Shown in pieces: positions 1-8,456 of a DNA stretch of 40,698 bases. This DNA comes from a virus (taxonomy: Duplodnaviria > Caudoviricetes), in IMG/VR virus record IMGVR_UViG_3300027740_000025, positions 1 through 40,698 of that record; one strand, 5' to 3'. The position numbers and the translations under genes were made by a program. The notes beneath the pieces are model-generated. The model made no database searches and was not told the origin of the DNA. It saw only the letters and a list, made by a program, of their open reading frames with translations. The number at the start of each line of letters is the position of its first letter. Within the stretch, counting starts at the first letter, position 1.

Positions 1-118
1 TTGCGGTGCACGTCACGTGGTCCACGTAGGCGGTGCCGTCGACGACCACGGTGAAGTCGTCGGTGATCGAGCACTCACCTGAGCGTTCCTCGTCGACCCA
101 CTTGATGTTGGTGGTCAT
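1..118 (-). CDS. Hypothetical phage protein, 5' part only (MTTNIKWVDEERSGECS...)
   Basis: ATG overlaps upstream stop (ATGA); preceded by AGGAG; runs off window. Confidence 0.6.
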   Translation of the reverse strand, partial: MTTNIKWVDEERSGECSITDDFTVVVDGTAYVDHVTCTA

Positions 119-447
119 GCCGCTCCTGCCTGAGTTTGCGGGGAGTTCGCCACTGCCCTACACACCTCGACCGGTGCGTCGGCCCGCTCGATCGCGAACA
201 GCGCCCCGCCCCGCCACTCATGCGTCGCCAACCCCGACAAGTCCGCCCGGGGGTTCAACGCCAACTCGTTGTCCGACAGGCGTTTGATCTGCCTGCCCAC
301 CTCGTAGTCACATTCCTCATCCACGAAACACGCGTGGAATGGGCCGGCAGACGCGAGGACATAGCCGCGCTCCGCCTCGTGCTCGTCGTCGTAAACGGTG
401 ATGATCGTCCGCTTGTGCTGGTCTTTGGTCTGGATGAAGACGGTCAC
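115..447 (-). CDS. Hypothetical phage protein
   Basis: GTG at 447 coupled to stop of 444..1280 (GTGA). Confidence 0.65.
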   Translation of the reverse strand: MTVFIQTKDQHKRTIITVYDDEHEAERGYVLASAGPFHACFVDEECDYEVGRQIKRLSDNELALNPRADLSGLATHEWRGGALFAIERADAPVEVCRAVANSPQTQAGAA

Positions 448-1280
448 GAAGACTGCACCTCCCGGAACTCGCACGTCTGAGGCAGCGGCCACCGTCCGCC
501 GGGGTAGTCGTCATGGACGGTTGCGTCGGAGGTGGCGGCCCAGATCCAGTTACCGAGCGGGGCGCGCTTCGCGTACCGCGCGCCGTTGGGTGCGTTCAGC
601 CGCTCAAGGCAAACGACGTCTTCGGGGGGTTCGGGTCCATCCGAACTGAACACCCGCGGCTCGGCGGCCTGCCTTGCCAGCAGTTGCTGCTCCCACTCCG
701 GCAACGCCACATCGGAGTAGTCCCGGTCCCACTGCTGCCACGGCCAACGAACGAACAGTTGGTAGCCGATCCCGTCACCGTCCACACCCGGCTGATGAGT
801 GCCTTCGTGGTCAACGTCCAGGGCGTGCAGGCGAGGCAGCCCGCAGTTGATTCCTGTCGCTCCCTCACCTGCCCCGCAGCGAGGCCCGGGGACCTGCGTG
901 GACAGCGCTTCTGCTGCTGGGGTTCCGGGCACAACCCCAACCACCTTGGAGGTCTTCACCCCAGACCAGTCCAGCCGCCCGTAGCCGTTGCCCCGGTTGG
1001 ACGGGAACAGCCAGTAGTCGGGGCCGAACTTGACGACCGTGTTGCCGTCCGCTCCAAGCGGTGTCGGTTCGACGGTCCGCACTGTCCACACCGGGTCCTT
1101 GCTGGGGTCATCGACAGGCTCCCGGAACCGCACGATGTCCAACTCCGCCAACTCATGCAGCGTCCACTCGATTGCGTCGTTCGGGTCGGCGGACTCGAAC
1201 CGGTGCCGAAGCTCGGCGAGCACCTCGTCTGCGTCGATCTCCTTCGGCGCGATACGCAGCACCACGTCGTCGTCGCTCAC
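444..1280 (-). CDS. Hypothetical phage protein (mosaic, 278 aa)
   Basis: Coupled start and stop in early operon; protein-like composition. Confidence 0.75.
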   Translation of the reverse strand: MSDDDVVLRIAPKEIDADEVLAELRHRFESADPNDAIEWTLHELAELDIVRFREPVDDPSKDPVWTVRTVEPTPLGADGNTVVKFGPDYWLFPSNRGNGYGRLDWSGVKTSKVVGVVPGTPAAEALSTQVPGPRCGAGEGATGINCGLPRLHALDVDHEGTHQPGVDGDGIGYQLFVRWPWQQWDRDYSDVALPEWEQQLLARQAAEPRVFSSDGPEPPEDVVCLERLNAPNGARYAKRAPLGNWIWAATSDATVHDDYPGGRWPLPQTCEFREVQSS

Positions 1281-1801
1281 CGGCCGACGCCCTGCTTCAC
1301 GGCCTCCGCGATCAGCTCCGCCGCCTTCGCCCGAACAGCGGCGACAACCTTCTCCTTCTCCTCAGCGACGACCGCCGCCAATTCCTTCTTGATCGCCTTG
1401 TCGACGGCCTCACGGACGGTCTTCTGCAGCACCGTCTCCCGGTTGCTGTAGCCGTCGCTCTTGGACAGGTAGTCCCGTGCTTCCTTCACGATCAGGTCAG
1501 TGAGCGAGGTCGGCCCACCGACCACGTCGCCGAAGGTGTTGGTGCGCTGGACCGGCCTGTTGATCGCCTCCGTGACGATCGGCTCCAAACGCCGCAGCAC
1601 CTCCTCCTTGCGGAGCTGCAACACCTCGTCGCGCAGCGTCGGGTAGCGGTCGTCCTTGGTCAGCCGCTCCGCGATCCGGTCGGCGACCGCCTCGCCGAGC
1701 GTCAACGGCGCGCTGTCGTAACCGCCTTCACCGTCGTACACGCGGTGTGTGCCGACCTGGCTGTCCAGGCTGATGTCGGTCACGTCGACGTTGATGTTCA
1801 C
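1277..1801 (-). CDS. Hypothetical phage protein, helical/coiled-coil C-terminus
   Basis: RBS GAGGAAGAGG; GTGA overlaps; K/E/A-rich helices. Confidence 0.8.
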   Translation of the reverse strand: MNINVDVTDISLDSQVGTHRVYDGEGGYDSAPLTLGEAVADRIAERLTKDDRYPTLRDEVLQLRKEEVLRRLEPIVTEAINRPVQRTNTFGDVVGGPTSLTDLIVKEARDYLSKSDGYSNRETVLQKTVREAVDKAIKKELAAVVAEEKEKVVAAVRAKAAELIAEAVKQGVGR

Positions 1802-1935
1802 GCGTGCCTCTTCCTCATGCAGTAGTCGAAAGCCAGATAGGCACGGTCGACGAGCCAGGCGCCGGCTTGGAAGGTCAGGTAGGTGCAGACACCGACGAGT
1901 GCCCGGGTGGCGGTGGCTTGGGCGAGGCGCTTCAC
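1798..1935 (-). CDS. Small hypothetical protein
   Basis: Fills the gap exactly with GTGA coupling at both ends. Confidence 0.55.
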   Translation of the reverse strand: MKRLAQATATRALVGVCTYLTFQAGAWLVDRAYLAFDYCMRKRHA

Positions 1936-2537
1936 GACACGCCCTCGATCAGCTGGCGGGCGGCATCCACCCGGTCCCACACCGATCGGTCACCGTCGTG
2001 CCGGTCGGGATGCGCGGACTTCGTGGCCCGACGCAGAAGCGACGCCACCACGACGGGTTCGCCCGCCGGCCACTCGGTCAGCTCACGGAGCCACCGCAAC
2101 GCCTCAGCCTGATCAGCGAACCCGGGCTTCGAGCTCGACTCGATCGCGCGCCACCCGGCGTACTGCTCACCGCGACGGGCGACACCATGCCGGTCGGCGG
2201 CACGGAGCGCTTCGAGGGACAGGGCAATCGCCCGCAGGTTCGCCTGCCATCCCCGGTAGGTGTCGCACGGGTACGTCAGCGGCCCATACCGGGACTGGAA
2301 CGACAGCGCCACCCCGTCGTAGGCCGGGCGGGCTTGTGCCCGCAGCAGCCCGTCGCGGCGGATGTCGTCCTCGGTGCACACCAACTGCACCGCGACCACA
2401 CCCCGCGCGCCGAGCATCCCCAGTTCGCGGTCGAGCAGCGCGACCGTGTCGGAGTAGCGGGCGGAGAACGGCGACGGCTTCGGGGTGTGCTTGTCCCACC
2501 GCCACACCGGGATCGGCTCGATCTGCATACGCATCAC
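1932..2537 (-). CDS. Phage protein with C-terminal truncated DnaJ (J) domain
   Basis: LLRRATKSAHPDRHDGDRSVWDRVDAAR contains the J-domain HPD motif in a helix-loop-helix context. Confidence 0.75.
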   Translation of the reverse strand: MMRMQIEPIPVWRWDKHTPKPSPFSARYSDTVALLDRELGMLGARGVVAVQLVCTEDDIRRDGLLRAQARPAYDGVALSFQSRYGPLTYPCDTYRGWQANLRAIALSLEALRAADRHGVARRGEQYAGWRAIESSSKPGFADQAEALRWLRELTEWPAGEPVVVASLLRRATKSAHPDRHDGDRSVWDRVDAARQLIEGVS

Positions 2538-2821
2538 GACGCCACCTGCCGTGCCGTCCACCACGACAACCGGTCAGTTCCCGAGCGGGTCAACACGACG
2601 GGGTCGCCGTCCACATGCCACCGACCAGACCGGTTCACGTCGATCAGCCGGGCGTGGTGCAACTCCGACAGCGCCTCCTGCGTCGGGAGCGGAGTGTCGC
2701 CGCCGTCCCGCCATGCCCATCCGGGTGCGCGCGCTCCGGGGCCGTGGCACACGACCACGCCGTCTCGCACCGCGCGCAGCGCACCCAGCAGGACGGCGCT
2801 CCTCTGTAGGCCGCCCATCAT
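2534..2821 (-). CDS. Hypothetical protein, possible winged helix
   Basis: Coupled ORF; ALSELHHARLI...VLTRSG pattern. Confidence 0.65.
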   Translation of the reverse strand: MMGGLQRSAVLLGALRAVRDGVVVCHGPGARAPGWAWRDGGDTPLPTQEALSELHHARLIDVNRSGRWHVDGDPVVLTRSGTDRLSWWTARQVAS

Positions 2822-2991
2822 TGGTCGTCCTTCTTCGGGGCGGGCTTACCGTCCGCCAAATCCCGCAACTCCTGCTCGTGCTGCGCGCCCTGCACGTCAT
2901 CGACACCGGTCTTGCCGGTGAGGACCCGAACCGCGAGTCGCTCCATGCGGGTCGGCTTCTTGGGGTTCGAGGGCTTCGAGGGCTTCGCCAC
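2818..2991 (-). CDS. Small hypothetical protein (MAKPSKPSNPKKPTRMERLAV..., 57 aa)
   Basis: Translated by hand (below ORF-track cutoff); stop overlaps next ATG. Confidence 0.55.
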   Translation of the reverse strand: MAKPSKPSNPKKPTRMERLAVRVLTGKTGVDDVQGAQHEQELRDLADGKPAPKKDDQ

Positions 2992-2994
2992 GGG

Positions 2995-3111
2995 TTACCG
3001 CCCCCAAGCGTCAGCAGCGACACCAACAACGATCAGGACAGCCATGACCCCGAGGGCGAACCCGAAGGCGACGGCGGCGAATCGACCGAGCGCGCGGACG
3101 GTTGCGGCCAT
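2995..3111 (-). CDS. Small membrane peptide (38 aa)
   Basis: Hand translation MAATVRALGRFAAVAFGFALGVMAVLIVVGVAADAWGR; one TM segment; TGATG coupling. Confidence 0.6.
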   Translation of the reverse strand: MAATVRALGRFAAVAFGFALGVMAVLIVVGVAADAWGR

Positions 3112-3233
3112 CACTGCTCACCTCGCAGCTGCTCCACAGTCCACACCGGAAACGGCTCAGACTGGATCACAGCGAGGTGCGCGGCGAACAGGGCGCGGAG
3201 AGCACGGCGACGCCTGAACCAGGTGCACATCAC
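3111..3233 (-). CDS. Small hypothetical protein (40 aa)
   Basis: Hand translation; coupled at both ends. Confidence 0.5.
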   Translation of the reverse strand: MMCTWFRRRRALRALFAAHLAVIQSEPFPVWTVEQLRGEQ

Positions 3234-3424
3234 GGGCCGTCCGGGGTGTTCGGGGCCTGCACGGGCGGCGGCGCGTCGGTCGGCGCGGGCGGGGCGTTAC
3301 CCGCAGGCCCGCAGCCGACCAGCGCCAGCACCAGGAACACGGCGGTCATCACGAGCCACAGCGCGAACACCGTGCCGCCACGGAGTTCGCGGCGGTGGGT
3401 CGGCGACATCAACCGGGCGCTCAC
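3230..3424 (-). CDS. Small putative lipoprotein with Pro-rich tail
   Basis: Hydrophobic stretch ending LALVGC (lipobox-like), then PAGNAPPAPTDAPPP. Confidence 0.55.
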   Translation of the reverse strand: MSARLMSPTHRRELRGGTVFALWLVMTAVFLVLALVGCGPAGNAPPAPTDAPPPVQAPNTPDGP

Positions 3425-3897
3425 GACACACCACCAGTGGCGTGGTCGGCGAGTAGCGGCCGGCAGATCCATTCGACGGTCTCCACCGTCTCCGTGACCT
3501 CGACCGTGGGGACAGCGGCCAGCTTCTCGGGGTCGGGGACGGTCTTGGTGACGGTCTCGACGCCGGTGACGACCCGCTCGCACACCTCGTGCCGGTAGGC
3601 CAGGACCTCGACGTGCAGGCGGCCTGCGAACCGGATGTCGATGTTGTGCCACTCGTCGTCGATCGACTTGGCGACGGTGGCACCGTGACGGGCGGCGGAC
3701 CGGGCCCACTCGCCCTGCTCTGTGGCGGCGTTGCTCTCGCCGTAACCGACGTGGGCCTTGATGCCGGAGGCGACCAGGCTGGTGCGGAGACCGTCTGCGA
3801 GGTGAGGGTTGCTCTCGATGAAGGCGGCGAGGTCGCGGAGCCCGGCGGCGATCTGCTGGGCCAAGTCGTTGGTCTGGGTAGGATCCTGGTTGGTCAT
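3421..3897 (-). CDS. Hypothetical phage protein (MTNQDPTQ...)
   Basis: RBS GAGGAG upstream of ATG 3897. Confidence 0.8.
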   Translation of the reverse strand: MTNQDPTQTNDLAQQIAAGLRDLAAFIESNPHLADGLRTSLVASGIKAHVGYGESNAATEQGEWARSAARHGATVAKSIDDEWHNIDIRFAGRLHVEVLAYRHEVCERVVTGVETVTKTVPDPEKLAAVPTVEVTETVETVEWICRPLLADHATGGVS

Positions 3898-3935
3898 TCG
3901 AATCTCTCCTCTGAAGGGTCTGGTTCGGGTGGCAA

Positions 3936-3972
3936 GCGGCCTTGCGGGTGTTGACGGCACCCCGAGGCCGCG
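3936..3972. promoter_or_regulatory. Imperfect GC-rich stem-loop in leader of 3421..3897
   Basis: GCGGCCTTGCGGGTG ... CACCCCGAGGCCGC inverted repeat in the only sizeable gap of the early operon. Confidence 0.5.
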
Positions 3973-3994
3973 CCCATCTACAGGTCTCGATCGG

Positions 3995-4135
3995 TCACCG
4001 CGGTTGGCCTTTCTCGTCCAGGCCGTAGCGGTCCATCAGCTCTTTGGCGGCAGCGCCGGTGGCCGGTTCGTCCGCGTCACACGCAGCGGCGGCTTCCTTC
4101 GCTGCTCGGCGGGCGTCGGCATCAGAGATAGTCAC
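3995..4135 (-). CDS. Small hypothetical protein (46 aa)
   Basis: Hand translation MTISDADARRAAKEAAAACDADEPATGAAAKELMDRYGLDEKGQPR; GTGA coupling. Confidence 0.55.
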   Translation of the reverse strand: MTISDADARRAAKEAAAACDADEPATGAAAKELMDRYGLDEKGQPR

Positions 4136-4734
4136 GACGCCAACCTCTGCGCCGTCTCGACCAAGCCCAGCCTGATCAAGTGCTTCGTCAACTCCAGGTA
4201 GTTCGCGCGGAGATCCGCCAGCGCATCCGAGTCAGCCGCCCCAGCCGATTCGATTGACGACAGTTGGCGCGCAGCCCGCCGGATGCTCTGCGCCGCAGCG
4301 GACACCGCTAGGCCAGCCCGAACACCCCGGACGACCTCCACCCCAACCGGGTCCGCCGCGCGCCACACGCGCCGCGAAACCTCCTCCACACGGCGACGCC
4401 GGTCCTCTTCCGCGTCGAACCCAGGCCGGCCGCTCGTGAACGCGATCTCCTGCATTTCCGCGTCGTCTCGGTACTCGGAAGCGAGCCGGGCGTAGACCCG
4501 CCACGACGCGGGTCTGCTGTGGACGTCCGGGAGCCTGCGGTCACCGAACATCTCGGCGACGTTGATGTACCGCTGAATGTCACCCGGCTGCCACTGCAGA
4601 TCGCGTGCGACGTGATCGATGTCGCCTGCCAACATCACGAGGTCGCGAAGGATGCGGGCCAGTTCGAAGCGGCCCTCGATGTCCTTACGGATGCAGGCGA
4701 GGGCCTTGTTCAGAAGGCTGTCGTATTCGCTCAC
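4132..4734 (-). CDS. Hypothetical protein, possible HTH
   Basis: Coupled ORF; IDHVARDLQWQPGDIQRYINVA resembles an HTH. Confidence 0.7.
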   Translation of the reverse strand: MSEYDSLLNKALACIRKDIEGRFELARILRDLVMLAGDIDHVARDLQWQPGDIQRYINVAEMFGDRRLPDVHSRPASWRVYARLASEYRDDAEMQEIAFTSGRPGFDAEEDRRRRVEEVSRRVWRAADPVGVEVVRGVRAGLAVSAAAQSIRRAARQLSSIESAGAADSDALADLRANYLELTKHLIRLGLVETAQRLAS

Positions 4735-5144
4735 GGCGTCACCGTCGGCGGCAGGAGTCCGCGAACCTCAGACATCGCGCCGAGGAAGTCCTCGTTCTCC
4801 TCGTTCTCCTCGCACCACTCGCGGACCTTGCGGACCGTGGTCTTCAGCCGGAAGTTCTCGGCGAGCAGCGCCATGAGGATGTCCGCGCAGTTGCCGCCCT
4901 GGTGCTCCTCGTCGGCGTACGGGGTGTGGTGCGCCGGCCTCAGCAGGTCCAACGCCTTGCTCAACTGTGCGATCTGCTCCCGGAAGGACGGCAGCACCTC
5001 AGCGATGACCGCCTCCGCCATCCGCCCGTACGGAGTCGAGTCGTCGGGGTCGGGTGCAATCTTCCCGGTCGCGGCGTCGTGCAGGACACGGGCGGTGAAC
5101 TCCCGAAGTTCGGCACCGTCCATGCGGGACGCGTCGGGGTTCAC
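4731..5144 (-). CDS. Hypothetical phage protein
   Basis: Coupled ORF, GTGA overlaps. Confidence 0.7.
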   Translation of the reverse strand: MNPDASRMDGAELREFTARVLHDAATGKIAPDPDDSTPYGRMAEAVIAEVLPSFREQIAQLSKALDLLRPAHHTPYADEEHQGGNCADILMALLAENFRLKTTVRKVREWCEENEENEDFLGAMSEVRGLLPPTVTP

Positions 5145-5974
5145 TTCGACACCGCCATCTGCTCAAGGTCGTAGGCCGATGGCCGCACCACCCCTTCGAG
5201 GTCTTCCCACTGGAACGGCGTCACGCCACGCAGGTGTGACCGCACGTCCACGTCCTTGGTGACGTCCTCACGCGAACGCCGCCGCGAGTGCCCCGACACC
5301 CAGTGACGGAGCGCCCTGCGGCGCTGCATTCCGGACTCGACATCCCGGAGCGACAGCAGTTGGCGTGCACCTTCGGGACTGGTCGGGATGCTGATGGTGA
5401 AGTTGCTGCCGACGGCGCGGATCTCGACCGTCCAGCTGTATCGCAGGTACAGGCCGATACCAGCGGCCATCCGCGCCTGAATGTCCAGGACGTCCATACC
5501 GGATCGGTTCGGACGACCCGCGTTGTTGGTGATGTTCACAAGCGATCCGTCGGGGTTCACGCCGAAGACATGCTGAGACGTGCGCCCCTTCCCAGCCTCA
5601 TCGACGTAGGCATAGGACGAGAGAAGCATCTTCGGCATGCAGCGCCGAACACGACCGCGAACGTGTTTGACAGACACGCTTGAGACGGAATGCATGACAG
5701 CGGCGGCGTCCGCTGTGCCGACCTTGACCACGCGACCAGACACCGGCCACAGGTGGAACACCTCTGGACCGCAGTAGACATCGTCGCCGGTTTGAACATC
5801 CGTCAGGTCGTCGTCAAGCAGAACGGCGCGGTTGAACCAATGAGGGGGGACTGTGGCGCCGCCGAACTCCTGGCGGTCGGGACGAAGGCTGATGCCGTCG
5901 ATCAACCCCAACGCTCGGTCAATGGCGGGGCGGCTCTCAGCGGCGAGCCGCTGCTGTCGGGTCAGCGTGGTCAC
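5141..5974 (-). CDS. Hypothetical phage protein (277 aa)
   Basis: RBS GGAGGAG; C-terminal HWVSGHSRR...VRSHLRG motif of a type common in phage proteins. Confidence 0.8.
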   Translation of the reverse strand: MTTLTRQQRLAAESRPAIDRALGLIDGISLRPDRQEFGGATVPPHWFNRAVLLDDDLTDVQTGDDVYCGPEVFHLWPVSGRVVKVGTADAAAVMHSVSSVSVKHVRGRVRRCMPKMLLSSYAYVDEAGKGRTSQHVFGVNPDGSLVNITNNAGRPNRSGMDVLDIQARMAAGIGLYLRYSWTVEIRAVGSNFTISIPTSPEGARQLLSLRDVESGMQRRRALRHWVSGHSRRRSREDVTKDVDVRSHLRGVTPFQWEDLEGVVRPSAYDLEQMAVSK

Positions 5975-6099
5975 TGCTGCTCCTCCATCAGTTCAGGGTC
6001 GGCACTCAGTGGCACATCGACGGTGACCACGACGGGCATAGACACACGGGCGACGTGGTCGATCCACTCGCGCGAGGTTGGTCCGAGATTCAGAGTCAC
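5971..6099 (-). CDS. Small hypothetical protein (42 aa)
   Basis: Hand translation; coupled at both ends. Confidence 0.5.
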   Translation of the reverse strand: MTLNLGPTSREWIDHVARVSMPVVVTVDVPLSADPELMEEQQ

Positions 6100-6836
6100 G
6101 GCGTCACCGCCGGCATCTTCAGCACCTTGCGGATGAAGTCCACCCCGGACGGCTTCACATACGTCGTCGACGTCGAGTGCTCAACACCCTCGCTGTCCGA
6201 GTACGTCGACGCCGTCACCTTGAAGTGGTGCGCGTACTGCTGATACGGGGTGTTGTGCCGACGCCCGCCCTTGATCAGGATGTGCTCGTCACGCAGCCGC
6301 GCGAACAACTGGTTCTGTCCGAGACCGAGCATCTTCGCCACGTTCCCGATCAGGTAGCACCCATCGGCGGACATGAACGCGTCGTGCGCCTCGGCCTTCG
6401 GCTCCAACTGGGCGTTCCGTTCGAGGGCGGCGACGTAGCTGCGCGCCATCTCCAACTCGGTCATCGGCGTGCGCGGCGCCGCGATCTCCGCTTCCCTCGT
6501 GCGCGTCGCGAAGTAGCCCTGGGCGGCGGCGACCTCCGGCTTGTTCGGGTCACCGTTCATCGCCGTCAGGTACGCCGCGAACCGGGTCAGCTCGTAGTCC
6601 ATGCCGGCCCGGGTGGAAGTGATCTTCGGGGATCCCCGGAAATTCGAGGCCACGTCCACATTGGTGTTCTCCGCCGTGCGCATGGCGCGCTCGACCGGGA
6701 CGAGGAAGCTCTCCCACCGGGTGTAGCCCATGAGCGGTTGAAGGTCGCGGGCGCTCCAGTACTCGGAGCCGTCCGGTCGCACGCGTCGGATTGCGTCGAA
6801 CGGGCTTGAGCCCATGAGGGTGAGGTCGCCGCTCAA
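6096..6836 (-). CDS. Phage antirepressor (BRO/DinD-like N-domain + KilAC/ANT C-domain)
   Basis: SPFDAIR..EYWSARDLQPLMGY..AMNGDPNKPEVAAAQGYFA and PKAEAHDAFM..VAKMLGLGQNQLFARLR..TPYQQY. Confidence 0.9.
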   Translation of the reverse strand: MSGDLTLMGSSPFDAIRRVRPDGSEYWSARDLQPLMGYTRWESFLVPVERAMRTAENTNVDVASNFRGSPKITSTRAGMDYELTRFAAYLTAMNGDPNKPEVAAAQGYFATRTREAEIAAPRTPMTELEMARSYVAALERNAQLEPKAEAHDAFMSADGCYLIGNVAKMLGLGQNQLFARLRDEHILIKGGRRHNTPYQQYAHHFKVTASTYSDSEGVEHSTSTTYVKPSGVDFIRKVLKMPAVTP

Positions 6837-7150
6837 GACGCCACCGCCGTCTGGTCATCAACCCACCGGTCCAGAGCCGACCACCGGTACCGAACCGAGC
6901 GCCCGACCTTCACGAACGGCGGACCGTCACCACGCGAACGCCACACCTTCAGCACGCCGACCGTGGTCCGAAGGAACTCGGCGGTCTCGGGTGGGGTGAG
7001 TAGACGGTCGTCGAGGCGGGCGACACCTCTGGCGCCGTTCCGTCGACGCGGGGTCGGCGGTGGCGCCGGCTTGTTCGGTTCGGGATGTGTGGTCGGGTTC
7101 GCCTCACGCTTCGGCTTGGGCTGGTCGGCAGGCTTGTCGTCGTCGCTCAC
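6833..7150 (-). CDS. Excisionase-like/MerR-type HTH DNA-binding protein
   Basis: LLTPPETAEFLRTTVGVLKVWRSRGDGPPFVKVGRSVRY; GTG 7150 coupled to cro stop. Confidence 0.85.
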   Translation of the reverse strand: MSDDDKPADQPKPKREANPTTHPEPNKPAPPPTPRRRNGARGVARLDDRLLTPPETAEFLRTTVGVLKVWRSRGDGPPFVKVGRSVRYRWSALDRWVDDQTAVAS

Positions 7151-7365
7151 GCCGCACCGGTCCAGTCGCGCGGCAACACCAGTTCGATAGGCATGTTCAA
7201 CGCGCGGGCGATGTCCACCAGAGTCTCGGGCGAGCCCCGCTTGTGACCGTTCTCGATGCCGGCGACGTAGTCGTAGGACTTGCCGATCCGCGCAGCAAGT
7301 TCCTTGCGGCGCATGCCAAGGCTCACCCGCCTCTGGCGGATCTTGGTGCCCATCTCGGTTGCCAT
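7147..7365 (-). CDS. Cro-like Xre HTH protein
   Basis: IRQRRVSLGMRRKELAARIGKSYDYVAGIENG; first gene of leftward operon, divergent from repressor. Confidence 0.9.
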   Translation of the reverse strand: MATEMGTKIRQRRVSLGMRRKELAARIGKSYDYVAGIENGHKRGSPETLVDIARALNMPIELVLPRDWTGAA

Positions 7366-7541
7366 AGGGACAGGGTAGGACAGTTATGGACTGTTTGCAA
7401 CTCACGACTTGACAGAACAGTCCCGAACAGTTTGTACTTGGCGTCGACTGGAGGGCAGCAATGAAGCACTGGAACAAGAGATCCCGACGTAGACCGCCAC
7501 TTCGGCTGGACAGCACGCGCCCGTCCGGGGACTCTTACGCC
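7366..7541. promoter_or_regulatory. Lysis/lysogeny switch: divergent leaderless promoters and phased operator repeats
   Basis: Minus: TTGCAA(7400-7395)-17bp-TACCCT(7377-7372)-6bp-ATG. Plus: TGGACA(7507-7512)-17bp-GACTCT-6bp-ATG(7542). G(G/A)AC(A/T)G repeats at 7368/7378/7388 and 7415/7425. Confidence 0.75.
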
Positions 7542-7967
7542 ATGGCAGCCGGAACAGACCTGGACAGGTTGGCGGACTACGTGACTAGTCGCCGGGTGGA
7601 ACTGTCCATCGATGTCGAAGAGCTGGCTCGACGGATGGCCATGCACCCGAAGACGGTGCGCCGGATCGAGACAGGTCAGTCGGTCAAGCGGGATACCTAC
7701 GCAACGCTAGAGAGGGAACTGGGGTGGACGCCGGGCAGCGCCCGGCAGGTACTCAGGGGTGGGACGCCGACCGTGCGGTCAGCCTCAAAGTCGGAGTCGG
7801 ATCAGGCGGTCGAGCAGTTCGCGACGCTGGATGGCCCGGAATTGTTGGAGGCGTCACGGCGGTGGCTGAGCCGCTTGTCCCGGGACGAATACGAACAGGC
7901 ACTATCGCAAGCAGAACGGCTACGCAGGGGCAGCGCGGAAACAACTCAGAGTAGAGAGGCGAAATGA
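7542..7967 (+). CDS. Immunity repressor (Xre HTH)
   Basis: LADYVTSRRVELSIDVEELARRMAMHPKTVRRIETG...LERELGWTPGS; lies between cro and integrase. Confidence 0.88.
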   Translation: MAAGTDLDRLADYVTSRRVELSIDVEELARRMAMHPKTVRRIETGQSVKRDTYATLERELGWTPGSARQVLRGGTPTVRSASKSESDQAVEQFATLDGPELLEASRRWLSRLSRDEYEQALSQAERLRRGSAETTQSREAK

Positions 7968-8075
7968 TACTCACCCGTTGGAGTGAGACTGTCCTCTTTT
8001 ACATTGCGGACACCACGCACTATGCGTTGATATTGACAGTGCGGGGGGCTCCGATGCGCGGCGAAGGAGTCCAGG

Positions 8076-8456
8076 ATGCCGGGAGTGGAAGCGTCCACAG
8101 TGTGGGTAGTGGTCGTCACGTTGATCCTGCTCTACGTGGTGGGTGGGATGGTCTACCGCTGGAGAGCGACGGCCGAACAGAATCTGGCGCGCACCGAGGA
8201 ACTCGAGGCCGACGTAGACGCACTGACCACTGTGGTCAAGTTGCAGAGAGCCGGACCCCCGGTGCCACCAACAGAGGTGCGGCGCTTGATGGTGGTTCGT
8301 GATGGCCGTAGACGACCTGTGGTACCTGGCCAAGAAAGACGCAGGCGGGAACAAGGTCCCGTCCCAACGGAATGGCCGAGGAAAGCGGTGGCGGGTCCGC
8401 AACCACGGCGCCCGCACCCAGCTGTTCGAAAAGAAGACCGACGCCGAACGGTATGA
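8076..8456 (+). CDS. Putative single-pass membrane protein overlapping integrase start
   Basis: RBS AAGGAG; TM segment VWVVVVTLILLYVVGGMVY then short coiled coil; 155-nt overlap with int. Confidence 0.55.
   Translation: MPGVEASTVWVVVVTLILLYVVGGMVYRWRATAEQNLARTEELEADVDALTTVVKLQRAGPPVPPTEVRRLMVVRDGRRRPVVPGQERRRREQGPVPTEWPRKAVAGPQPRRPHPAVRKEDRRRTV

Noticed and set aside
7461-7541. Upstream ATG for the repressor, and the extended 6833..7516 ORF
   Set aside because: The extensions run through the switch region or the cro gene; the starts at 7542 and 7150 fit promoter spacing and coupling better
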